64,000 nucleotides of DNA, taken from IMG/VR virus record IMGVR_UViG_3300049060_000085, positions 10,771-74,770 of that record; one strand, written 5' to 3'. The notes below the pieces were generated by a model. The model searched no databases and had not been told where the DNA came from. It saw only the letters and a list, made by a program, of their open reading frames with translations. The stretch comes from a virus. Made by a program: the position numbers and the translations under genes. Positions 25,527 through 34,191 of the stretch are shown here, piece by piece. How positions within the stretch are numbered: the first letter of the stretch is position 1; every line of letters starts with the position of its first letter.

Positions 25527-26150
25527 GTGAACATGGACTCGCAACAGCAGTGGGAACCCGGCATAACCATCGGCGAAGACCTACCCGTCAAGCCGCCTAC
25601 CCTCGCCGAGCTCGTGGCGAAGTACGTGGAGCAGGAGGAGGTAGACTGTGGGGAAATCACAGCGGAGCTCGACGCGCTCTCGGAGGCGATCGACGAGAAG
25701 GCGCTCAACTACAAGCGCTTTGATGAAGCGCAGGGCAGCAAAGAAGCTGCCGCGCTCGCACAGTACGACTACTACATGAAGCTGGCATCACCGTTCAAGC
25801 AGCGCGCGGAGTCCATTGCCAAGCGCCGCAAGTCACTGCGCGAGCATCTTTTGTCCGGCATGAAGATGACCGGCAAGACGACGATCGAGACCGTGGCCGG
25901 CAAGATCTACGTGAAGTACTCCGAGGGCGTAAAGGTCGGCGAGATCTGGGTCGAGACGGCGGACGAGAAGTACGTGCAGGTGACCAAGTCGCCGAAGCTC
26001 GCTGTGCTCTTGGCGATGTACCGCGACGAAGTGCGGAAGCTGACGCCGAAGAAGGCCACTGAGGCGCAGAAGCAAGCCGCGAAGCAGGAGGCGCGCAAGG
26101 TGCTGCCCGAGGGCGTGTCCATCGAAGTCAGCGAGAACCTGCAGCTGTGA
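25527..26150 (+). CDS. Siphovirus Gp157-like protein
   Basis: ELDAL..IDEKALNY..RAESIAKRRKSLREHLLSGMKMTGK..IET..GKI. Confidence 0.75.
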   Translation: MNMDSQQQWEPGITIGEDLPVKPPTLAELVAKYVEQEEVDCGEITAELDALSEAIDEKALNYKRFDEAQGSKEAAALAQYDYYMKLASPFKQRAESIAKRRKSLREHLLSGMKMTGKTTIETVAGKIYVKYSEGVKVGEIWVETADEKYVQVTKSPKLAVLLAMYRDEVRKLTPKKATEAQKQAAKQEARKVLPEGVSIEVSENLQL

Positions 26151-26347
26151 TCTGCGCGAGTTGCCCAGGCGTGGCCCACCCGGCAACGGGCTGCGCCTGG
26201 TCGGCCCGCACACTCATCTGCCACGCATGCGCCGAGCGCTACTGGCGCTGGCAAATCCAGCACACGGCGACGCGCAAACGCAAAAAGAAAACCGGCAAAC
26301 CGATACCGGACTTCTACGAAGCGGCGTTGAAGAAAGAAGGCGACTGA
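26147..26347 (+). CDS. small zinc-finger protein
   Basis: CASC..CHAC. Confidence 0.65.
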   Translation: MICASCPGVAHPATGCAWSARTLICHACAERYWRWQIQHTATRKRKKKTGKPIPDFYEAALKKEGD

Positions 26348-26532
26348 TGCTCGTGCGGATCGAGGCGCCGCACTTCGTATGCGGAATCGTGCTCGAGAAC
26401 GAGGTTGTTGTAGAAGCCGCGCCCATCGTCAACTACATGCTGGAACAGAAGTGGAGCGCAGATAAAGTGCGCAGATACATCAAGGTGAAACGTTGGCGCG
26501 CTCGCGTCATCAAGGAACGAAAACATGGCTGA
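26347..26532 (+). CDS. conserved phage hypothetical protein
   Basis: LVRIEAPHFVCG..AAPIVNYM. Confidence 0.7.
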   Translation: MLVRIEAPHFVCGIVLENEVVVEAAPIVNYMLEQKWSADKVRRYIKVKRWRARVIKERKHG

Positions 26533-26977
26533 AGGACTCAATCGTGTCATTTTGATCGGCAACCTCGGACAAGACCCAGAGCTTCGGTTCACCCAAAGCA
26601 ACCAGGGCGTGCTCAGTTTGCGTATGGCGACGACCGAGAGCTACTTCGATAAAGAGAAGAACGAGCGCAAAGAGCTCACGGAATGGCACTCCGTGATCGT
26701 TTGGGGCAAGCGCGGTGAAGCCCTCAACAAGATCTTGTCCAAGGGCGCACGCATCGCGGTCGAGGGCAAGCTCAAGACGCGCAGTTGGGATGACAAGAAC
26801 GGGGGCGGCAAGCGCTACGCCACCGAGATTGTGGCGAACAATATCATTCTGCTCGGGAGCAAAGGCGAGCACCAGGGAGCGGCCGCTGGCGGCGGCGAGC
26901 ATCGCGACGACTTCGTAGCAGCCGGCGGATTCTCCGGCGGCACGTCAGCACCAGACGATGATGACATTCCGTTCTGA
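26525..26977 (+). CDS. ssb: single-stranded DNA-binding protein
   Basis: NRVILIGNLGQDPELR..EWHSVIVWGK..VEGKLKTRSW; C-terminal DDDIPF. Confidence 0.97.
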   Translation: MAEGLNRVILIGNLGQDPELRFTQSNQGVLSLRMATTESYFDKEKNERKELTEWHSVIVWGKRGEALNKILSKGARIAVEGKLKTRSWDDKNGGGKRYATEIVANNIILLGSKGEHQGAAAGGGEHRDDFVAAGGFSGGTSAPDDDDIPF

Positions 26978-27014
26978 CCTGACGCAGGAAACACTACAAA
27001 ACAAGTGGTTTTCT

Positions 27015-27087
27015 TCCGGTGTAGCTCAGCGGCTAGAGCGTCTGGCTTTGGACCAGAATGTCGCACGTTCGAATCGTGCCACCGGGA
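27015..27087 (+). tRNA. tRNA-Gln(UUG), no encoded CCA
   Basis: acceptor TCCGGTG/CACCGGG, anticodon arm TCTGG-CT-TTG-GA-CCAGA, T-arm GCACG-TTCGAAT-CGTGC. Confidence 0.9.
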
Positions 27088-27177
27088 CTGCTCAACCAAA
27101 CAGCTTCTCGCTAATACAACCGAGTAATGAAATCGGAGCGGCGTATGTCGCACAGGCGTTTTGCTGGTTGGTTGGGT

Positions 27178-27205
27178 TTGACAATGCTGTTTCGACTCCT
27201 ACAGT
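27178..27205 (+). promoter_or_regulatory. sigma70 promoter TTGACA-N16-TACAGT
   Basis: perfect -35, 44 nt upstream of the vWA gene. Confidence 0.7.
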
Positions 27206-27249
27206 AGCCACGCTTTACAACGCAACCATTCACCGGGATAGACACTCAC

Positions 27250-27864
27250 ATGGGAAGCAACTACGAACTCAATCAGGGCGATCAGTTCATTTTTGGCGTC
27301 GACGTTTCGCTGTCGATGAAGACCAAAGACGTGAAGGGGATGAGCCGTATCGACGCGCTCAAAGAGCAGGTCATCACGTTCATCGGCGAAGCCAGCAAGT
27401 ACGATCCAGACGGCGTGGACGTCATCACGTTCGGCCAAAACGTGACTCACCTCGGTGCGCTGACAGCATCGCAAGCCAAGGATGCCATTGCGCCGCTTCA
27501 GGCGAGCGAGCCCGGGACCGACACCGCAGGCCTCATCCGCAAGGCGTGGGAGCTGCACACGGCCAAGGCCAGCGACGACCAGACCGTGCTCTTCGTTGCG
27601 ACGGACGGCGAGCCGAACGATCGCGCTGCGGTCAAGAGCGAGATTCGTAAGATCGCGGCGCAGCAAGAGGCCGACAACGAGACCTTCTCGATCAGCTTCT
27701 TGACGGTGGGCACCATCGACTCCGGTCTGCAGTCATTTCTGACCGAGCTCGACGACACGCTCAACGCCAAGGACAAGAACGGCGCGGACATCGACATTGT
27801 CGATGTGAAGGCGCTCAACGACATCGACTTCATGACGGCGTTCGTCGGCGCTGTCCACGACTGA
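27250..27864 (+). CDS. stand-alone vWA-domain protein (TerY/Ter-cluster type)
   Basis: MIDAS DVSLS, PGTDT, VATDGEPND. Confidence 0.9.
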   Translation: MGSNYELNQGDQFIFGVDVSLSMKTKDVKGMSRIDALKEQVITFIGEASKYDPDGVDVITFGQNVTHLGALTASQAKDAIAPLQASEPGTDTAGLIRKAWELHTAKASDDQTVLFVATDGEPNDRAAVKSEIRKIAAQQEADNETFSISFLTVGTIDSGLQSFLTELDDTLNAKDKNGADIDIVDVKALNDIDFMTAFVGAVHD

Positions 27865-27925
27865 CTCACCAGCCGCCCCTCAACTGAGAACCCATACCTC
27901 ATTCACCTCGTTTAGCGGCGGCGTG

Positions 27926-27959
27926 GCCCCGGCGTAATGGTACGCCGGGGCTTTTGTTT
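27926..27959 (+). terminator. intrinsic terminator
   Basis: GCCCCGGCGTA-ATGG-TACGCCGGGGC + TTTTGTTT. Confidence 0.85.
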
Positions 27960-27990
27960 ATGGCCTGTCCCCTAACCCCAGGACAAACCC

Positions 27991-28593
27991 ATGTTCGAAC
28001 TGTTTCAGCTTCTATGGATCGTGCTCGTGGATGCGGCTCTGAGTTTCGACAACGCTATCTTGATCTCTGCCCGCGCGAACGCGCTGCCCGAAGCAGAGCG
28101 CGAGAGGGCCAAGGTGTTCGGTATCTTGGGCGCCGTCGTGGCGCGCGTCGTGTTCGCCTTCTTTGGCACCTGGCTGCTTCGCTACGCTGCGTTTACGGTG
28201 GTCGGCGGCCTCTACTTGCTCTGGGTCTCGTGGGACATGTTGCGCAAGCATGGCGAGCCCAAAGCGGAAGCGCCGAAGTGGTGGGAGAAGATGTTTGGCC
28301 CAGTTCCGCAAATCATCCTCGCCGACGTGATGATGAGCGGCGACAACGTGCTTGCGATCGCGCACACCGCGCGCGGCAACCTCTGGCTCATGGTATTCGG
28401 CATCGCCCTGTCGATCGGTTTGATGTTCTACGCGGTGCGCTGGGTAAGCCGCATCATCGCGTGGGAGCCGGTCGTGCTCGGTTGGAAGCCCGAGCTCTTC
28501 GGCTGGCGCCCGCAGATGTTCCATGTCGCCGTGCTGGTCGTCGCGCTCACCGGCGCGAACATGACGTGGATCGGCTTCTGGACGAAGGTCTAG
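27991..28593 (+). CDS. TerC-family (YjbE-like) membrane protein
   Basis: IVLVDAALSFDNAILI..GILGAVVARVVF; IILADVMMSGDNVLAIA. Confidence 0.9.
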   Translation: MFELFQLLWIVLVDAALSFDNAILISARANALPEAERERAKVFGILGAVVARVVFAFFGTWLLRYAAFTVVGGLYLLWVSWDMLRKHGEPKAEAPKWWEKMFGPVPQIILADVMMSGDNVLAIAHTARGNLWLMVFGIALSIGLMFYAVRWVSRIIAWEPVVLGWKPELFGWRPQMFHVAVLVVALTGANMTWIGFWTKV

Positions 28594-28594
28594 C

Positions 28595-28858
28595 TCAGCG
28601 CAGAAGCTCGTCGATCGAGATGCCGGACGCGCGAATCGCACCGCACAACGCGCGTCCGCTTATCTCCTGGTCGCCGGTAAGCGTTGGCCACAGCGCCTTG
28701 AGCTCAGGGGTCCAGGGGTGCCCGCTGCCAAGCAGGAGCAGCGCCGCGCGCAGCAAATTCCTGTGCTTGATCGCGCGCGGCCCATACTCGTCGATCTGCG
28801 TGACCGCATCGTCCCCAAGCCAGCCTACCTCTTCTGCATGTCCCACAATTACTGACAT
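28595..28858 (-). CDS. hypothetical protein
   Basis: 87 aa, convergent with TerC. Confidence 0.6.
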   Translation of the reverse strand: MSVIVGHAEEVGWLGDDAVTQIDEYGPRAIKHRNLLRAALLLLGSGHPWTPELKALWPTLTGDQEISGRALCGAIRASGISIDELLR

Positions 28859-28879
28859 GCACGTGGTCTAGCATACAAT

Positions 28880-29293
28880 CTATATGCCGTCAGGCAGCTT
28901 TGGGATGCGGTCGATGCCTCTGTTATGCGTCGTAATGGCCGTCATCCGCCTCAGGGTTGGCGGTCCCTTGGGCACGGGCAACAGCTCTGCGTAGGTCTTG
29001 GTGGCGGAGCGTGCGCCCTCGAGCGCGGCGCCGCGCACCGCCTTTTCTGCGATGAGTCGGAGCTCGTCCATCAGCAGCGGTGTCAGCCGCTCGCGCGTGT
29101 AGTGCGTGAGCAGCTGGGCCGCGCGCGTGGTCAGCGCGTCTGCGATCCCCTGCAGTCGCTCCGAGAGGGGGGCAACCGGCTGCAGCCGGTTGGGTATGGG
29201 AGCCCGCCCAGCTCCGGGGGACTCTGGTGAGTTTCCCCCGGAGCTTGACTGGTCGGTCACACGCTCGGGCCAAGGCTTGTCGCTACTACTCAT
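28880..29293 (-). CDS. hypothetical protein
   Basis: start trimmed to MSSSDKP. Confidence 0.55.
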   Translation of the reverse strand: MSSSDKPWPERVTDQSSSGGNSPESPGAGRAPIPNRLQPVAPLSERLQGIADALTTRAAQLLTHYTRERLTPLLMDELRLIAEKAVRGAALEGARSATKTYAELLPVPKGPPTLRRMTAITTHNRGIDRIPKLPDGI

Positions 29294-29321
29294 TTGCAAC
29301 TCCCAACTCCACGGCCATACT
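29294..29321 (+). promoter_or_regulatory. sigma70-type promoter TTGCAA-N16-CATACT
   Basis: 10 nt before HNH ATG 29332. Confidence 0.55.
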
Positions 29322-29331
29322 TCTTGTTGCC

Positions 29332-30033
29332 ATGGACGAAAACCGAATCTGCGCGCTATGCCTGGCAAGCCTCCCCATTGAATCGTTTGCTCGAAACGGG
29401 CCCAGTCTCGGCGGCCGACTTCGCGCGTGTAAACCTTGCGTAAACGCCAAGCGAAGAGCTTGGGCCGCAGCAAACGGGAAGCCGCGGAAACCAAGGACGC
29501 TGGAGATACTGGCTAGAAGACTCGCGTGGTCAGCCAGTAACAACACTCTGGAGTGCCGGACGTGCCGGGTCGTGAAGCCTCTTTCTGACTTCAAGAAAAA
29601 CCCAACCTATTTCACGGGCCGCGACAGTCGTTGCAAACCGTGCGGCAACGTCGCTCGACAAGAGTATCGATCGGCCAATCGTGCAAAGTGCAGAGCGGCC
29701 AACAGGCGATACGAGGAGTCTCTCGGCGAGGAGAGGAAGGCGCTCCGTGCCGCTCGGAAGAACGAGATGCGAAGAGCGTCAGAGTTGTCTAGGGAACGGG
29801 AGAAGCGGCGTCGGTCGCTGGAGGCGAATCGCTTGAAGGTGGCCGCTAGAAACGCCGTCAACAACGCCGTGAACAGAGGTCTAATAGCCAAAGGCCCGTG
29901 CGAGGTTTGCGGAAGCAAACGCACGCACGGTCACCACGACGACTACACCAAGCCGCTGGCGGTCCGCTGGCTATGCCAGACGCATCACCGCGCCTGGCAC
30001 GCCAATCATCAACCGCTTCCAGCGCAGCTCTAA
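29332..30033 (+). CDS. HNH endonuclease with two N-terminal Cys4 zinc fingers
   Basis: CALC..CKPC, CRTC..CKPC; CEVCG..HGHHDDYTKPLAVRWLCQTHH. Confidence 0.85.
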   Translation: MDENRICALCLASLPIESFARNGPSLGGRLRACKPCVNAKRRAWAAANGKPRKPRTLEILARRLAWSASNNTLECRTCRVVKPLSDFKKNPTYFTGRDSRCKPCGNVARQEYRSANRAKCRAANRRYEESLGEERKALRAARKNEMRRASELSREREKRRRSLEANRLKVAARNAVNNAVNRGLIAKGPCEVCGSKRTHGHHDDYTKPLAVRWLCQTHHRAWHANHQPLPAQL

Positions 30034-30040
30034 ACCGGGC

Positions 30041-30310
30041 TCAGGTCTTCGGCTCAGCGGGTTTTGCGGGCGCGACTGTATCGCGCAGCGCGGCGCTCAC
30101 GTCCTTGAGCGCAAAGTCGCCTACCAGGCGACCGGTCTTGGCGTAACCGATGGCCAGCATACCGAGCCCCAAAATGGCCTTGGAGATCGCTGGACTCAGT
30201 AGACCAAGCGCGGGGATGCCCGCAGCCACAAGCGTGTCATCGAACCCGCCTACGAGCACCATGGTCGAGCCGATCGCGTAAAACATCGCACGCAACGCCT
30301 CGGGAGACAT
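30041..30310 (-). CDS. putative holin
   Basis: 89 aa, two TM segments, charged C-terminus, last gene of the late block. Confidence 0.55.
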   Translation of the reverse strand: MSPEALRAMFYAIGSTMVLVGGFDDTLVAAGIPALGLLSPAISKAILGLGMLAIGYAKTGRLVGDFALKDVSAALRDTVAPAKPAEPKT

Positions 30311-30320
30311 ATGAACTACC

Positions 30321-30361
30321 TACTTCTTGAAGAGTGAAGAACTTCCACCCTTCAAGAAGTA
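30321..30361. repeat. 12-bp perfect hairpin upstream of the holin candidate
   Basis: TACTTCTTGAAG-N17-CTTCAAGAAGTA. Confidence 0.75.
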
Positions 30362-30416
30362 TGCAGCTAACGGCTGCAGAATGCTAGAGTGACGCGTTTG
30401 TCGCTGTGGTGCTGTA

Positions 30417-30767
30417 CTACAAGAGCGTAATCGTGAGCTCGCCCGGCGGAAATACCACCGCGTCTCCAACGACAAGTGTGGAAAGTCCGAGCAAAGGGCT
30501 CGAGCCGTAGTGAACCTTTGGCTCTCCGATCCCTATGTAGAGTCGGACGTGGTTCACCACGCTGAGCAGATCGAGCAACCCCGGCTTGGGAAAGACCACG
30601 TTGCCGTCGTTCACAAAGCCGGAAGCCAGGGGCTCGCCGTTTTCGTCGAGCTCCCCGGATGGCACGATCGTCCAGCTGATCGACGTGAAGTCAAATCGCG
30701 TGGCAGAGGTTGTGATCTCCGTGTTCACCAGCGACCGGTACAACCGCAGGTCTGCATATAGGTGCAT
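30417..30767 (-). CDS. small virion protein, paralog-like to 33715-34146
   Basis: GNVVFP..YIG..YGS..VVGDAVVFPPGELTITL. Confidence 0.7.
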   Translation of the reverse strand: MHLYADLRLYRSLVNTEITTSATRFDFTSISWTIVPSGELDENGEPLASGFVNDGNVVFPKPGLLDLLSVVNHVRLYIGIGEPKVHYGSSPLLGLSTLVVGDAVVFPPGELTITLL

Positions 30768-30861
30768 GTGAGGTGGTCTCCTTACCCCGAGTGGAGTTGC
30801 CACCCTGCCACGCTGTGGCGCGAGCGATGCGTCGCCATGCGGCGAATTTGTGTTCGTTGGG

Positions 30862-33351
30862 TTACCGGATGTGGCGACGCATGCCGAGTGCGGCGAGCAT
30901 GCGGCGGCTGCCGGTGTTGTTGCCGCCACCGCCGCCGGCCACGGGTGTGCCGCCGGAGAGCGTGCCGGTGAAGTAGCTCGCGCTGTCGGCGGTCGCAGCG
31001 AGCGCCTGCGTTTGCACCATGGCGCCTGACAGCGTGCTGGCGCTGGTCGCCGCGCCGTCGATCAGCTTGGTGGTGTTCAGCGCTGCGGTCAGCGAGCTCG
31101 AGCTTGTTGCTGTGCCTGCTACGACCACGGCGACTAAGAGGTCGCCGTTGAGCGTGCTCGCGCTGGTGGCGGTGGCCGTGAGTCCACTGAAGTCGCCGGC
31201 CAGCGAGCTGGCGCTTGTGGCTGTGCCCACGAGCTCTGCGGTGAGCGCGCCTGACAGCGTGCTGGCGCTGGTCGCCGCGGCGGCGAGGCCCACCGACTGG
31301 GTCAGATCACCGGTCAGCGTAGAAGCGCTCGTGGAGACGCCTACGAAGGCGCCGGGGACAGTCAGCAGGCCCGACAGTGTGCTCGCGCTGTCGGCGGTCG
31401 CGACAAGCGCCTGCGTTTGCACCATGGCGCCTGTGAGCGTGCTGGCGCTGTCAGCCTGAGCGGCCAGGGGTTTGCCAGCGTTGAGCGCGCCTGACAGCGT
31501 GCTCGCGCTGGTCGCGGTGCTGGCGATGGCGAAGGTTTGGACGAGGTCCGCGGTCAGCGTGCTGGCGCTGGTTGTGGTGCCCGCGAGCGCTTGTTGTTGC
31601 GTCAGGTCTGCGCTCAGCGTGCTCGCGCTGGTCGCGGTGCTGGCGATGGGTTTGACCGTGTTGAGCGCGCCGGCGAGTGTGCTCGCGCTGGTGGCTGTAG
31701 CGGCAAGCGCTTGCGACTGAATGGCTGCGCCGGTGAGCGTGGAAGCGCTGGTGGCTGTAGCGGCAAGCGCTTGCTGCTGAACCAGCGCGCCCGTGAGCGT
31801 GCTGGCGCTTGTGGCGGTGCTGGCGAGGTTTGTGAGCTCGGCGCCTGGGGATTCGCTCTGCGCTTCGTCGTCGCCCGTGCCTACCGTGAGCGGCCCGGTG
31901 ACGCCTGACGCGTCTGCACCGGGGCTTTGCCATGCGAGAGGCCACCACGCGAACAGTTGCGAAGTGGCGGAGTGCGGCGTGTAGAAGTTGGCTTCGGACA
32001 AGACCTCGGCCGCCGGGAGCGCTGTCGTCCAAATTTTGACGTGGGCGAACTCGCCGATGCCCGAACCCGCAGAGTTGTCGATCTGGATGTTGTTGAACAC
32101 CGAACCGGCAAGCGTGCACGCGGCCGAGGCGACCTGCGAGCCATCAAGGTACGCGCGCGCGGTGACGCCGTCGTACGTAACCGCAAGGTGATGCCATGTG
32201 CCGCCGCTGGCTGAAGAGTTGTTGATGACGTTGCTTGCGCCATCGTTCACGCGCAGCACGATGTTCGTACCGCTTACGAGCAGTTCGACGGTGCTGGCGT
32301 TGGTGATGTAGGCGCGCGCGAGTCCCGTTCCGACGTTGACGTGTTTGATCCACGTCATGAAGGTGAACGCGCTCGTGGACAGGTTCAGGCTGGCTCGCGT
32401 AAGACCGGGGCTGCTGTTGATCCGCCGACCCCAGCGCGGACGGATCCAGGCCGCCAGCGAGCTCGCGCTGGTCGCGCTCCCCACCATCGCGTGGGTTTGG
32501 CGCAGCGCGCCGGTCAGCGTGTCTGCGGACGTGGCCGTTGCCGCGATTGGCTTGGTGGTGTTCAACGCGCCGGTCAGGGTGGACGCGCTGGTCGCGGTGC
32601 TGGCCACCGGCTTGGTGGTGTTCAGCGCAGCCGACAGCGTGCTCGCGCTGGTGGCGGTGCCCACAACGTCGACGACGGGGCTCTCCGGCTGCGGCGGGTT
32701 GTCCGCGGTCGAGTAGGAGACCGCGGTGCCACTGCCCTGTGCCGTGAAATTCTGCCCGTTGCCCGAGCTGTCATTGCCGTTGCTGTCGAGTCGCCAAAAA
32801 CCGAGCAGGCCGCTGGTGACCTGGCATTCGCGGTAGGCCGCTTGGTCGGCGACTTCGGAATCGCTCAGCGCGCGATCCCAGATCCCGGCGTCAGCATATT
32901 TGCCTGGCGACCAACCGATATAAAACAGGTTCGTCGTACTGCTCGACGGTCGCGTCGTGACCGAGCTGTGTTGCCCGATAAACACGCCGTCGTAGTAGAC
33001 GCGGATAAACTGCGTGGTCGCGTTGTAGACAAACGTGACGTGGTACCACGTTGTCGTGTTGCCGTACGCCGTGCTGTAGTTCGCCGCATCGGCTGTGCCG
33101 ATCGTGCTGATTCGATACGCGCGCAGCCCTGTGGACGTGACGCCGCTGTTGCGACCAATGCCGCTGCCGGTCGTGCCTGCGTTGTTGACGTACGCGGCGC
33201 AGAGCGAGTCGATTGTTGTCGACGTGGTGGTGTGTTTGACGCGAACGCAAAACGTGTGCGACGCGCGGAGGTTAGGCCCGCCAGTCAGCGACGACTTGCC
33301 GAGATACTGTCCGTTGCCGCCTGTAAAATCACCAGTGCAAATCGCCGCCAT
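30862..33351 (-). CDS. tail fibre/adhesin with two LamG (ConA-like) domains and 20-aa TATSASTL repeats
   Basis: HTFCVRVK..WYHVTFVYN..YYDG..GIWDRALSDSEV; TFMTWIK..WHHLAVTYDG..AYLDG..KIWTTAL. Confidence 0.85.
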   Translation of the reverse strand: MAAICTGDFTGGNGQYLGKSSLTGGPNLRASHTFCVRVKHTTTSTTIDSLCAAYVNNAGTTGSGIGRNSGVTSTGLRAYRISTIGTADAANYSTAYGNTTTWYHVTFVYNATTQFIRVYYDGVFIGQHSSVTTRPSSSTTNLFYIGWSPGKYADAGIWDRALSDSEVADQAAYRECQVTSGLLGFWRLDSNGNDSSGNGQNFTAQGSGTAVSYSTADNPPQPESPVVDVVGTATSASTLSAALNTTKPVASTATSASTLTGALNTTKPIAATATSADTLTGALRQTHAMVGSATSASSLAAWIRPRWGRRINSSPGLTRASLNLSTSAFTFMTWIKHVNVGTGLARAYITNASTVELLVSGTNIVLRVNDGASNVINNSSASGGTWHHLAVTYDGVTARAYLDGSQVASAACTLAGSVFNNIQIDNSAGSGIGEFAHVKIWTTALPAAEVLSEANFYTPHSATSQLFAWWPLAWQSPGADASGVTGPLTVGTGDDEAQSESPGAELTNLASTATSASTLTGALVQQQALAATATSASTLTGAAIQSQALAATATSASTLAGALNTVKPIASTATSASTLSADLTQQQALAGTTTSASTLTADLVQTFAIASTATSASTLSGALNAGKPLAAQADSASTLTGAMVQTQALVATADSASTLSGLLTVPGAFVGVSTSASTLTGDLTQSVGLAAAATSASTLSGALTAELVGTATSASSLAGDFSGLTATATSASTLNGDLLVAVVVAGTATSSSSLTAALNTTKLIDGAATSASTLSGAMVQTQALAATADSASYFTGTLSGGTPVAGGGGGNNTGSRRMLAALGMRRHIR
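30975..31830 (-). repeat. about 15 copies of a mostly 60-nt coding repeat (four more at about 32450-32665)
   Basis: 60-nt periodicity visible at 31501, 31561, 31621, 31681, 31741, 31801. Confidence 0.9.
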
Positions 33352-33379
33352 GGGTCACCCGTTCTCCAGGCACCTCAGG

Positions 33380-33640
33380 CTATGCAGGTTCCCCGGCAGC
33401 GTCGGCCAGGGCGTTGTTGTCGGCCTGTTGTGTCGTATGACTCTCGCCCATCTGACAGTAGTGCAGAGCCTTATCGTAGAGCGCGATCGCAGCCAGCCGC
33501 TGCGGCTCGGTGGAGTTGGAGTCAAGCGTTTGCTTGGCCGCGTTTCCCTCCTGGCGCTTGAGCTTCGCGAGCCCGTCAAAGATGCTCGACTGGTCCTCGT
33601 GGATCTTGGCTTTTTGTCGATACGTAAGCGGATTGGCCAT
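33380..33640 (-). CDS. hypothetical protein (tail region)
   Basis: GAGGT SD; 86 aa. Confidence 0.65.
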   Translation of the reverse strand: MANPLTYRQKAKIHEDQSSIFDGLAKLKRQEGNAAKQTLDSNSTEPQRLAAIALYDKALHYCQMGESHTTQQADNNALADAAGEPA

Positions 33641-33670
33641 CGCGTCACCTCAGAGATGTGTGAGACGAAA

Positions 33671-33701
33671 CGTGGAAAGCGCGCGCACCGCGCTTTCCAC
33701 G
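33671..33701 (-). terminator. intrinsic terminator after 33715-34146
   Basis: CGTGGAAAGCGC/GCGCTTTCCACG 12-bp stem followed by TTTCGT on - strand. Confidence 0.7.
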
Positions 33702-33714
33702 CGCGTTGTTGACG

Positions 33715-34146
33715 TCACACGCTGTCGAACGAGTGCACGAGCGCGCCGGTCGCGAAGCTCGCGGTGTTGCCGTTGTTCACGACCTGCGAAGCGGTCAGCG
33801 CGGCCGAACCGATGAAGTCCGCAGCCGTTGTTCCGGAAATCGTCTTCCAGAGCCCAAAGTGCGTGATCGTGCCCCAGTTGGCGCTCGCCGTGGTGAACGT
33901 GAACGCCTGGTTGTTCGCGATCGTCGACGGGTCAGCCGTGGTGGCCGCTGCCCAAAACGTCGTGTTGCACGTCGCGGTGTAGCGGGCGTACGAGCCGCCG
34001 CTGACTTCGTTTGCCGTTTGACCGTCGGCACCGGGGTCGCCGGTGTGAAGCGACACGAAGACAGCCGTCGCCGGCGCCGGCGCTGTGCCGCCTCGAAAAA
34101 TGTACTCGTTGATTGCTTTTCTGTAGGTGTTGCCGAAACCAGACAT
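33715..34146 (-). CDS. small virion/tail protein (Gp80-like family)
   Basis: VFVSLHTGDPG..NEVSGGSYAR..FTTASANWGTITHFGLW..GNTASFATGAL. Confidence 0.8.
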   Translation of the reverse strand: MSGFGNTYRKAINEYIFRGGTAPAPATAVFVSLHTGDPGADGQTANEVSGGSYARYTATCNTTFWAAATTADPSTIANNQAFTFTTASANWGTITHFGLWKTISGTTAADFIGSAALTASQVVNNGNTASFATGALVHSFDSV

Positions 34147-34160
34147 CTCCTCGAACCGTT

Positions 34161-34172
34161 CTCATCCCGGAG
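34161..34172 (-). promoter_or_regulatory. late motif CTCCGGGATGAG, copy 1
   Basis: 14 nt upstream of ATG 34146. Confidence 0.7.
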
Positions 34173-34191
34173 AAAGGTTGCTCACAATCGA

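Noticed and set aside
27015-27087. tRNA-Gln as att site or as direct RlmN substrate
   Set aside because: No duplicated 3' end seen elsewhere; position 37 is G, not A
27865-27990. yybP-ykoY Mn2+ riboswitch upstream of TerC
   Set aside because: Could not find the conserved GGGGAGUAGC-type core; only a terminator is supported
30975-32665. Regular 60-nt repeats suggesting a CRISPR array or DGR repeat
   Set aside because: They are in-frame coding repeats of the fibre gene with degenerate third positions and no unique spacers; no cas or reverse transcriptase gene seen
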